A stretch of 64,000 nt of DNA. Origin: Lama glama. Taxonomy: Eukaryota. The stretch spans positions 67,582,001-67,646,000 of the forward strand of contig CM052817.1 of the NCBI GenBank assembly GCA_028534125.1, given 5' to 3'. The position numbers and the translations under genes are program-made. Position 1 is the first letter of the stretch, and every line of letters starts with the position of its first letter. The notes under the pieces are model-generated. The model was not told where the DNA came from and did no database searches. It saw only the letters and a list, made by a program, of their open reading frames with translations. Positions 26,378-36,715 of the stretch are shown here, piece after piece.

Positions 26378-27263
26378 TGGGCAATCAGAATGAGATATTA
26401 CCTCACACCGGTTAGAATGGCTATTATCAAAAAGACAAGAAATAACAAGTGTTGGAGAGGATGTGGAGATAAGGGAATCCTTAGCACTGTTTATGGGAAT
26501 GTTAATTAGTGCAGCCACAATGGAGAAGCGTACGGAGGTGCCTGAAAAAGTTAAAAAGAGAACTACCGTTATGATCCAGCAATCCCACTTCTGGATATTT
26601 ATCTGAAGAAAATTAAAACACTAATTCAAAAAGATATATGTACAGCTGTGTTCACTGAAGCATTATTTACAACGTCTAAGACATGGAAACAACCTAAGTG
26701 TCCATCAATGAATGAATGGATAAAGAAGATGTGATATATATATAAAAGAATGAAAACTTGCAATTTGCAACAACATGGATGGACCTTTAGGGCTTTCTGC
26801 TAAGTGAAATAAGTCAGATAGAGAAAGACAAATACCATATGATCCCCCTTATATGTGGAATATTTAAAGAAACAAAACTCTTAGATAAAGAGAACAGATT
26901 GGTGGTTGCCCGAGGTCAGAGGTGGGGGGGGGGGTTGGTGATGGGTGAAATGAGTGAAGAGAGTCAAAAGGTAAAAACTTCCAGTTACAAGTAAGTCCTG
27001 GGGATGTAACATACACCACAGTGACTATAATTAGTAATACGTACTGTATGTATGAAAGTTTCTAAGAGAATAGATCTTAAAAGTTCTCATCACAAGAAAA
27101 AGAAAATGTGTAGCTATATATGATGATGGATGTTAGCTAGACTTACTGTGGTGATCATTTCACAGTATATACATATATCAAATCATTATGTTGTCCAGCT
27201 AATATGCTAGTATAATGAAACTAATATAATGTTATATGTCAACTATATCTCAATTGAAAAAAA
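26378..27263 (+). mobile_element. L1MA-type L1 (ORF2 end plus 3' UTR)
   Basis: 'aatgagatattacctcacaccggttagaatggctattatcaaaaagacaag', 'gatccagcaatcccacttctgg' and end 'tatgtcaactatatctcaattgaaaaaaa'. Confidence 0.92.
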
Positions 27264-27477
27264 GGGAAAGGGGAAAATGTGGTCTTTAGTAGTTTGTCTC
27301 TAAGATTCCTTCAAGGGCTATTATGCCCTCTTTTCTTTAGGTGTAATTTTTTTCAGAATTTAGACCTTGTGATTGCAGTGTTTTCATATAGATGACTTAA
27401 TCCTGCATGGATCAGCTCATTGCAGGAAGCATGAGATTTCTAGATTCATATTTTAAAATTATTTTAATTGCATTCTA

Positions 27478-27539
27478 AATATATATATATGTATGCACAC
27501 ACACGCACATATATGTATATATATAAAATATATATATAT
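27478..27539. repeat. (TA)n/(CA)n compound microsatellite
   Basis: atatatatatatgtatgcacacacacgcacatatatgtatatatata. Confidence 0.85.
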
Positions 27540-28419
27540 TTTAGACCAAGTTCTGCCATTCTCCGAAATATAAATAGTACAATGATAAAACAGTCAGTCT
27601 CTTTCCTTATGGCATATAATTTGAGAAGGAGATTAAAAAGTAAATTGTTATAATAAAATGGAGATTATGATATAAATAAGTATGCAGTGTAATTAGGATT
27701 GGAATTAAGCCCAAATTTGGGGATTACAGACAAAGAAAAGCTTCTGGAAGAGATAAAACCTAAGGTGCCTTTTAAAGAAGAAAAGACAGCCAGTTAAGGG
27801 AAAAGTCAGAAAGGCAATTGTAGACAAGAGAACAGATACAGAAAAGAATCAATTATTGAGAGAGAGCATAGCTTTACCTCAACGCCGATTAAGCATTTTT
27901 TAAATTATAGTCCACTTGGGCAGAATCTAAGAACTACAGCCCTCTGAAGACAAGTATTTCCACTCTCTAGTAAAAAAGTAAAGGGACTTGAGATAAATGA
28001 ATTTAAGTAAACTTTTGATATTAATATGTATGAATTATTCTCATCAATAAGACAAAAATATTGATACTTATGTAATTACATATTTAATCTACACATTTTA
28101 TATCAACTCTGTAAATTATTATACTTACTTTAGCAATATGATGCCCTTTAAATTTTTTGATTTTGCTTTTTTGTGTAGGTTATGCATGTACATGATAAAA
28201 AAGAAAAAGAATACTCAGTAAAAAATTGCTTCACTCCATGTCTCCCAAAAGCTCTACAACTATTGATAGTTTCTTTGAGTACTTCCAAAGATATTATATA
28301 TATTCACAAACACATGTATTTCCACACACATACACAATTGGTAAACTTTTCTTTCCCTGATTTAAGAATGTATCTTGGAGAGCCTTCCAGACTATTTCAA
28401 TGTATTTTTTTCTCTTTTT

Positions 28420-28870
28420 AATTTAATATTTTTAACTTTCTATTTTGAACTAATTTTAGACTTTCAGAACAGTTGCGAAATATTATGAGTTTCCTTATCT
28501 CTCTCAATATGCTTTCCAAAATGTTAACATCTTACATAACTATAGTATAATGATCAAAAACAAGAAATAAACATTGATATAATATTATCACTTAAACCAG
28601 AGAACTTATTCTAATTTCAACAGATGTTTCACTAGGATCCTTTCTTTCTCCAATGATCCTATCCAGGATCCCACATTATATTTAGTTGTTATTTTTCCTT
28701 GGTCTGTAAGAGTTCCTCAGTCTTTCCTTGTCTTTCATGACCTTGACACTTGAGCAGTAATAATCAGTTATTTTTGTAGAATTTCCCTCAATGTGGCTTT
28801 GTCTAATATTTTCTCATAATTAGAATGACATTATGCATCTCTGCATGAATGCCATAAAAATGATGCATCT
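28420..28870 (-). mobile_element. L1MC4-like 3' end (non-inverted part)
   Basis: 'tattttgaactaattttagactttcagaacagttgc', 'atccaggatcccacattatatttagttg' and 'ttgtctaatattttctcataattaga'. Confidence 0.8.
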
Positions 28871-28872
28871 AC

Positions 28873-29400
28873 AGATGCATCAGGAAATTGATTCTAGGAC
28901 TGGAACAGGAAAAATACAAGGTAAACCTGGAGTATCTCATGGTGTAGGAAGGTAAGAAAATGTTCTAAAAGGAGGGGGCTTTCTAAAAGGACACAAGATC
29001 TGACGAGACTTATGATCTAATGACCAAATGGCCTAATGGCCAAAGCTGGATCAATGAGCAACAAAATCAAAAACAATGGTATTGGATTTTAACCTATAGC
29101 ATACATTAAATATGCATGAGTATATAGTGATATAAATCAATAATTGAGTAAAAAAAATAAATGGGGAAAGGAATAGCTCTTAAAGTTCCACTTAGTGATT
29201 TCAGAGAAACAGAGAATCAACATTAGGCAAACACCACAGTAACAATTATTACAGATAAAATCCACCAATGAATGCCAAAATTAGTAGGCAAAAGTTTGAG
29301 AAGAGGAATTGCCTAATCTCAAACCATCTCTCTAATTAACTAGAAAAGAAAAATTAGTAAGTTTCCAGTGGAGAAATTTGATCACACCAACTTATCCATT
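28873..29400 (+). mobile_element. L1MC4-like upstream 3' UTR segment (inverted part)
   Basis: 'gattctaggactggaacaggaaaaatacaaggtaaacctggagtatctc', 'ggccaaagctgga' and 'agtttccagtggagaaatttgatcacacca' are homologous to parts of the element at 49370-50415. Confidence 0.75.
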
Positions 29401-29524
29401 ATTTGTTATAAGATATGTGAGCTATTTCACGTCATGTATAGAGAAGGAAACAGTATCACAATTTAGTTTTCAGTAGAGAACATTTTAAATAGATAACATA
29501 TTTATGAGACTTAAAATTGTTTAT

Positions 29525-29680
29525 GGGGGGAGAGTACAGCTCAGTGGTACAGCACATGCTAAGCATGCATGAGGTCCTGTTCAATCCCCTGTAGTTTCAT
29601 AAATAAATAAATAAATAAATAAATAAACAAACCTACCTACCTACCTAATTTACCTCCCCCTTCCAAAAAATTTTTTAAAT
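29525..29680 (+). mobile_element. Camelid tRNA-Ala-derived SINE (Vic-1 type) with (AAAT)n and (CCTA)n tail
   Basis: ggggggagagtacagctcagtggtacagcacatgctaagcatgcatgaggtcctgttcaatcccc, then (aaat)n and 'ctaatttacctcccc'. Confidence 0.9.
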
Positions 29681-29809
29681 GATTTAAATTATTTAATATC
29701 ATTAAATTTTTAAATGTAAAAGAATACAGTGCAAGTCTCTATACTTACATTAATGGTCTATTTTATACATGATTTTCAACATGTGTAAATATGTTTAGAA
29801 TAAATTTCC

Positions 29810-31390
29810 AGTGACTTTCCCGTAGAAAACATATAGTTGAGTCTTTCACGCCACTCTGATAATCTGTTAACTAGTGTACTTAACCCAGTTATTCATGCTT
29901 AAAGTGATAGATGTAGTTGGATTAACTACCATGTTTGTGATTGTTTTCTACACACTGAACTTGGTCTTTGCTCCCTCCACCCCTCTATTCCTGCCTTCTC
30001 TGGCCGTAAGTAAATATTTTATATTATTCCATTTTATCCACTCTCCTATATAACATATATCAAGTATACATTTTTTTTAATTTAGTAGTTACCCTAGAAT
30101 TTATAATACATTTTAAACTAATATAAATCCACATTCAAATAATGCTGCAGCACTTACACATGTAATACAGGCACTTTCTAACAGAGTATCCCAATTCCTG
30201 CCTTCTGCTCCTTAAGACAGAACTGTCATTCATTTCAGTTTTCCATATGCTGCTGTTACCCAATACATTGTTACTATTCTTAAAGTTATTTTTAGATCAA
30301 TTAAGTATAAGAAAAAGTTTTTAATAGAAGATCTCATTTTAACTTTATTCTTCCTTTGATGTTCTTCTTTCTCTATTCAGATACATGTTACTGCTTATAT
30401 CCTTCTGCCTGAAGAACGTCTTTTAACATTTCTTTCCGAGTAGATCTACTTGAGATGAATTATCTCAGTTTTTGTTCTTCTGAAAAAGTCTATATTTTCA
30501 CTTTCAAAAATTATTTTGCTATATCCTAGACTGGTGAATTTCTTTTTCTTTCAACACTTTAAATGTTTTACACCCCTCTCTTTGTGCTTGAATGGTTTCG
30601 GACACGAAACTTATTGTAACTTTTCTACTGTTTTTCTATAGACAAGATTATTTTTCTCCCCTGGCTTCCTTCAATGTTTTCTCTTTGTCTTTGGTTTTCT
30701 TAGCTTTGAACACAATCTGCCCAAGTGTGTTTGGAGGCTTTGGTTTTAGTAATCATTTCAGTGTTCAGCCCTTGGATCTGTAGTTCAGTGTTTTCAGTGT
30801 TTCAATTTCTTTTTTTTAAATTCTCAGCCATTATTACCTCAACATCTGCTTCATTTTCTTCTCTCCTTCTGTATTCCAATTACACTTTATACATCTTAAT
30901 ATTGTCCCTCAGTTTTGGGCTCTTTTTCTTTTCTTTTATTTCATTTCAGTTTTGGAAGTTTATACTGACCTGTCTCCTTGATCATTTTTCTCTCCTCAGC
31001 CACGTCAAATCTGCTGATACGTCCATCAAAGGCATTCTTCACTTGTGTTAATGAGTGTTTTTAGTCCTATCACTTTCTTTGGTTTCCTTCTTAGTTTTCA
31101 CTCTTCTGCTTACATTGATGATCTGTTGTTACATCTACTTTTTCCATTAAAGCTTTTAAGATATTAATCATAGATATTTTAAATTCCTAGCTTGGTAATT
31201 CCAACATCTGTGTCATACATGAGTCCTGTTTTGATGATTGCTTTGTCATTTCAAAGTGTTTTTTCTTGCCTTTTGGTATGCTTTGTAATTTAAAAAAAAT
31301 TCAGACATGTTATATTGGGCAATAGCAACTGAGGTAAATAGTACTTAAGCTTCAAGATGTATGATAATCTGCCTAAGAGTTGAGCTATGT
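29810..31390 (-). mobile_element. Old L1 (L1MD/L1M4-like) 5'/ORF1-region fragment
   Basis: 'agaaaacatatagttgagtc', 'ttctgcctgaagaacgtcttttaacatttc' and 'aaattctcagccattattacctcaa'. Confidence 0.75.
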
Positions 31391-31409
31391 ACATCATAAC
31401 TGCGAGGAT

Positions 31410-31940
31410 ATTGTAAATGGTATTTTTATTTCAATTTCCAATTGTTTAACATAAGTATATAGAAAATTGATTTATGTGTACAGATTGTACTCTGAAAAAT
31501 TGTTATTCACTTATGAGTTTGAGTAGTTGCTTTGCAGGTTCCTTAGAATTTTCTACATAGACAATAATGCCACCTATGAATAGAAGCTTCACTTCATTTC
31601 CAATCTTTATAACTCTACTTCTTGAGTTTTTTTCACTAGCTAGGAATTCCGGTACACTGTTGTATAGAACTGATGAGAGGGAATATTCTGCTGTTCCTGA
31701 TCTTTAGAGTGTTCAATATTTCACCATTAAGTAAGCTGGCTGAAGGGTTTATGTAGGTGCTCAATATCAGGTGAAGAAATTCCCTTTTACATCTAATTCG
31801 CTGAGGTGTTTTTTTCCCTGAGGGTTTTTTTTTTAGTATCAAAAATGTGTATTAAATTTTGACAGATATTTTATCTAAATAGTCAGAAATAATCATAAAA
31901 TTTTTTTCTCCTTGATTTTGGTAATATGGCAAATTGTTGC
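31410..31940 (-). mobile_element. L1 ORF2 (reverse transcriptase region) fragment
   Basis: ORF 31636-31842 'EFLHLILSTYINPSASLLNGEILNTL' resembles L1 ORF2 'NFLNLIKxIYEKPTANIILNGExL'. Confidence 0.8.
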
Positions 31941-31989
31941 AGAAAACACCATTTTTATTTATTTTAAATAAAATTGAAGAGAACACCAA

Positions 31990-33560
31990 AAAAGAACTTT
32001 CTTTAGCATTTATCATAGGACAGGTTTACCAGTGATGAGTTCCTTCAGTTTTTATTTAACTGAAAATGTTTTCCTTTTACCTTCACTGTTAAAAATATTT
32101 CTCTGGATACAGAATTCTACATGGATTCTTCTTTTTACTTTTCCCATTAGTATTTTAAACATGTTTCTCATTATCTTTAAGTTTCACTGTTAGTGATAAA
32201 AACCCAGCCATCCTTCATATCACCAGTCACTATATAGAAGGTGTCATTTTTCTCTGGTTGCTTTTAAGATTTTCTCTTTTTATCTTCAGTTGTTAACAGT
32301 TTGATTATATGGTATTTTGATTTTTTATTCTATTTAGGATTTGCTGAACTTACGAATCTGTAAGATATTTTCCTCCAAATTTGGAAATTTTTCACTTATT
32401 TCTTCAAATATATCTGCCCCAAATTCATATTTCATATTCTTCTCTCTCTCCCTCTTTCCTCTTTTTTTCCATATTTCCCTCCTTCTGCTATTTCCCTATC
32501 TCCCTATCTCATGTATTAGAATATTTGCAATTGCACATATATTAGAATATTTCCTACTGTCCTGGACATGACTGAGGCTCTGCTCATTATTTTCAATTTT
32601 TTTCTGAGTTTTTCAGATTGAACAATTTCTTTAGATGTATTTTAAAGTTCACTAAACACTTCTGCTGCTTCCAGTGTGCTCATAAGCCCTTCATTAAAGT
32701 TTTTATTTCAGGTAATGAACTTTTCAGTTTGAAAATTTCCACTTGGTTCTTGTTTCTAGCTTTCATTTATTGGCTGAGATTACCCCCCGTTCATTAATTA
32801 TAATTTATTTTAAAGTTTTAAACATACTTTTAATAGCTTCATTAAAGTCCTTGTTTGCTAATGTTACCATTTGTTTCATCTTGAAGTTGATTTATATGAA
32901 CTGCTTTATCTCATTGCTAGGAGTTACAGTTCACTGTTTCTTCCCGTGTCTAGTAATTTTTTTTAGTGTTCTGGACATAGTGGATATTACATTGTAGTCT
33001 CTGGATTCTGTTATCTTTATCTTAAGAGTATTTATTTTGGTTCTAGCAAGTAGTTAATTTGGTTGGACCCAAATTCAAAACATACTTCCACCGTGGAGGG
33101 CAGCAGCTAGAATCTCTGCTTTAATTATTTCAGTCTTCAATTTATCCTTTCTTGCAGACTCCTTACAACCCCCTCACCCCATTTTCTAAAGTACAGTGCA
33201 GAGTCAGGCAAGAATTTAAGCGGAGTTATTTGCAAATTTGGGGGATTCCCTTTATAGGGCTCCTTACTGGGATTTCTTTCTCACTCTTTACCTGTCTAGG
33301 CATCCCTGATTCCTTTCTCTGACTGCTCAAGCCATTAAGGCTCATTGCTTAAGTTCTAGCTCACAGGCTGGAGAGTTCTCCAGACCAAAAGCCATACAAA
33401 ATTAAATACCACCCTATGCAGCACCCTATTTTCAAGAGTTAACTTTCCTCTGGTTTTGGTCTTCAAATATTTGTTGTTGTCATTATTATTATAAGTTTAT
33501 CCCAGAGTTTATCACTGTTATCTGTAGGAGAGCTACTCCGGTATTACCAGAAGCTGAACC
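31990..33560 (-). mobile_element. Old L1ME/HAL1 5' fragment
   Basis: 'ctggatacagaattcta', 'tctctggttgcttttaagattttctc' and 'caaatttggaaattttt'. Confidence 0.7.
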
Positions 33561-33739
33561 CCCTCAGTACATCTAAAACTGACTGTGTGCATTCAGTTCA
33601 GTAGGCACTGAGTATATCCTCAAGCAAGTACATACTCAAGCAAGACCAGAAAATATCCTGAAAGTCCAGTTTTATTAGTGCTACAATAATACTGGAATAT
33701 ATGCATATGTACTATTTTTAAATGTATTTATTTTGAGAT

Positions 33740-33890
33740 ACACAGTGTAGCACATTAGCCAAAAATAAAAACTGTCAAGACAATCACCTAGATTAAAATC
33801 TTGGCCCTACCATTTATTCTATGACTTTGGGCTATTAAATTTTTCTAAATCTTAGTTTCTTCATTTATAGCATGAAGATAAGAAGTTACC
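33740..33890 (+). mobile_element. MIR SINE (probably resumes at ~34410-34510)
   Basis: 'ctagattaaaatcttggccctaccatttattctatgactttgggc...cttagtttcttcatttatagcatgaagata'. Confidence 0.65.
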
Positions 33891-34029
33891 TACCAGTGTG
33901 TACACTCATGGCTAATAGCCTGTAGTTATTCACTACCAATTACTTACAGCCAGTTCCCATTCTAATTTATCAGGGTCTGTGCACTAACACTTGTCAAGTA
34001 TTTTAAAATTTACTCTCTCCACATTCACT

Positions 34030-34405
34030 GTCAAACCCCTCCTCTTTTGCCAGCATCTATTTCTTATATCTAGGATAGGTAAGCAGAAGTTGATGGAGGG
34101 TTTCAGAAGAAACTTTGCTTCCTGATGAAAGAAAGAAACATGACTGATCTAGCTCTTCCATCTTATGTATTTAACATCTTATGTGTTAAATACAACCATA
34201 ATATTCAGAGCTACTGAAGCCATTATAAATCCATGAAGGGAAAGGCAAGAGAAAAATCTCAGTGATGCTATTCCTGACACCACTGAGCTCTCAAATCAAT
34301 GTCAATAGACTTCTTGTTATATTAAGATAAATCCTATCCTCTTTTTTTAGGTCACTATTCATTAGAAATCTGCCTACTTGCAGATGAATGTATTTCTAAA
34401 TGGCA
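34030..34405 (+). mobile_element. Old MaLR LTR (MLT1K/L-like)
   Basis: 'gctactgaagccattataaatccatgaaggg', 'gacttcttgttat' and 'tacttgcagatgaatgtatttctaa'. Confidence 0.55.
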
Positions 34406-34519
34406 CACCACTACTTCACGGGTTTGTTTTAAGCATCATCTGTGATACTGTATGCAAAATGCTTATCTCAGAGTGTATCACATAGTAAGCAATCAATAAA
34501 TGTTAACTGTAATCCCTAG

Positions 34520-35070
34520 TTATTTATGCTCTAACTCTCTTCCAAAATTATTTGAGATGGCTTGTGCAAACACACACAATTCAACAGGAAAAAAACAGTC
34601 AGAAAGAAAAAAAGCTTAAAAAGAAAAATAGATTTACTAAAGTTAAGACACAAAACACATTCCTAAACATATGTAAAACTGTTATAGGCAGCTCCCATAT
34701 TTGAGTTTCCTAGCAGATTAAGGAAAAAAGGAAACAAGTCACTTGGTATTGAGAACCAAGATACATTTTTTTTATTCAAGATCAAGTAATACCACAATAT
34801 AAGAGTGGAGTTAGAACTTGAAGACGCTGAATTTCCAAGATATAAGCTAAGCTTCTGAGTTACTACCCACTCCCTCATGTTAGTGGACTTTAATAGGGTA
34901 CCAAAATTCCACATAACACCTTTATCCCACACCAAGTAGAAAAGGAAAGAATTCACTATGATAAAAGTGAGTTTTCCCACAGGGAGAAAAATGTATCTGC
35001 TCCAAGCTGATAACCAAAAAAAATCTTAAAAGTTGTCTACCATGATAATTTCTTGCAATGGTTATTTCCT
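34520..35070. mobile_element. L4 (RTE-X) LINE fragment
   Basis: 'tatttatgctctaactctcttccaaaattatttgagatggctt' and 'gagtttcctagcagattaaggaaaaaaggaaac' resemble L4_Mam motifs. Confidence 0.5.
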
Positions 35071-35266
35071 TTAACATTTATATTGGTATCCTGAGGAAAA
35101 AAAAAATCAGCCTGGGCAGTTTTTGAAAGACTCTAACATACTCAACTGCTTTTATTTTTAAAATCTGCTTATAACTTTTAATACCCTTGCAATAACCAAG
35201 AAAATCACAGTCATGTAAGAGACAGAGAAATATGCATAACAGATACCCAAACACTGAGGCAACCTT

Positions 35267-35352
35267 AGAGAGAGAGTGTGGGAAAGAGAGTGGAGTGAGG
35301 GAGAGATGGAAGGAGGAAGAGGGGAGGGAGGGGGGAGAAGAGGGGAGGGAAG
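35267..35352. repeat. Polypurine GA/GGA low-complexity tract
   Basis: gagagagagtgtgggaaagagagtggagtgagggagagatggaaggaggaagaggggagggaggggggagaagaggggagggaagg. Confidence 0.8.
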
Positions 35353-36594
35353 GACTCAGGAGAAGCAGTAACATTTTCTCTATCGGTCCCTATTTATTGT
35401 GAAGTATATATTATCTAACAAGGAGTTGTAAGCCTGAAAACAGAAAATCTGCTTTAGGAAAACAGTGGCCGGACCCTTCTCTTAAAAGAGTTCAGAACTC
35501 TCAAGAGCAACAGAGTATTTATATTTTCTGACATCTTCCAAAAGACAATTTCAATGTTTCTTTTAGAAATTTGGGGCTATCTCTTGTACTCAGGAAGCCC
35601 ACAAGACAGGAAGCACTGGTAGTTTATGATTACTCACTAATCCAAGGTAAATGAGACAAGAATACGTTGGTCGTTACATACTAGGGTGGGGGAGCAAAGA
35701 GGGATGGCTATCAGAGCCAAAGCCATTGGGGGGGGGGGGAGGGCTATGTCTTATCTTTGGTCCTAGAGTTTTCTTCTCAAGATGAGTGGGTAGTAAAGGC
35801 TTCAATCTGAGCCTGTAAAAGACTGCAAGCTCATTACAGAAAAGCTAGAGCAGGTGATCAAGGCTCTCCTTCCCAGATAACTTGAAAAATAGACCATCCC
35901 AGAAAAATGCAAAGATATAATATAGCTTCAAATTATGGGGATCAATTTTCAAAATTTTTTAATCATTAGATATAGGGGGTCATTCTTTGAGCACAGAGCT
36001 CTATTTGAATAAATAAATGAAACAGATACCCATTTATTCTTTTTCAAGTTTGCTTGAGTGCCTAAGGATAAATTTCACAGAGTTAAAATCTGTACAAAGT
36101 CTTGAAACACAATTTCAAAACCATCTCCTCTCACTTATCCTAATTCATGAGATCAGGATTCCGAGGGCAGAGCCTCTCCTGAAGCCGTGCTGTGAGAACA
36201 AGAAATGGTCATGTTTAGTTGTCACGCCCTCCCGCAGGGGAGATGGGCATCTTTGAACTCTGGTGTCAGCTGCTCCAGACGCATTTTGCTCAGTTTTATG
36301 AATGAATGCACTAACTAAAAAGCATCCTCATCTGCTAATTATTTGTAAACCACTTTACATCCACTGTGCTCCCAATTTAGGTTTTGAAGCAATTCTGCAG
36401 TTACCGAAATTCTGTAGTTCACCCTTTAGTTACGTATTTTTTTTCACCTTCAAAGAATACAAGGAGTGTTTCAGCCTACATTTTAAATATGAAGAAGCAA
36501 ACGTGTGAAATGAGGAAATAAAAATACACTGCGGTTTTTTTTTTAGAACATACACTTACATACTTTCAAAGCATGCATATTTTAACAAAAAGAA

Positions 36595-36715
36595 AGTAAG
36601 CTCCATGAGAACGCAGCCCTTGCCTGTCTTATTCATCACTGTAGCCCCAATACTTACATCAGTGCCTGGCATGCAGTAGGCACTCAATAAACACTCCCTG
36701 AACAAATAAATAAAC
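36595..36715 (+). mobile_element. L2 3' end
   Basis: 'gtaagctccatgagaacgcag...cagtgcctggcatgcagtaggcactcaataaa'. Confidence 0.85.
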
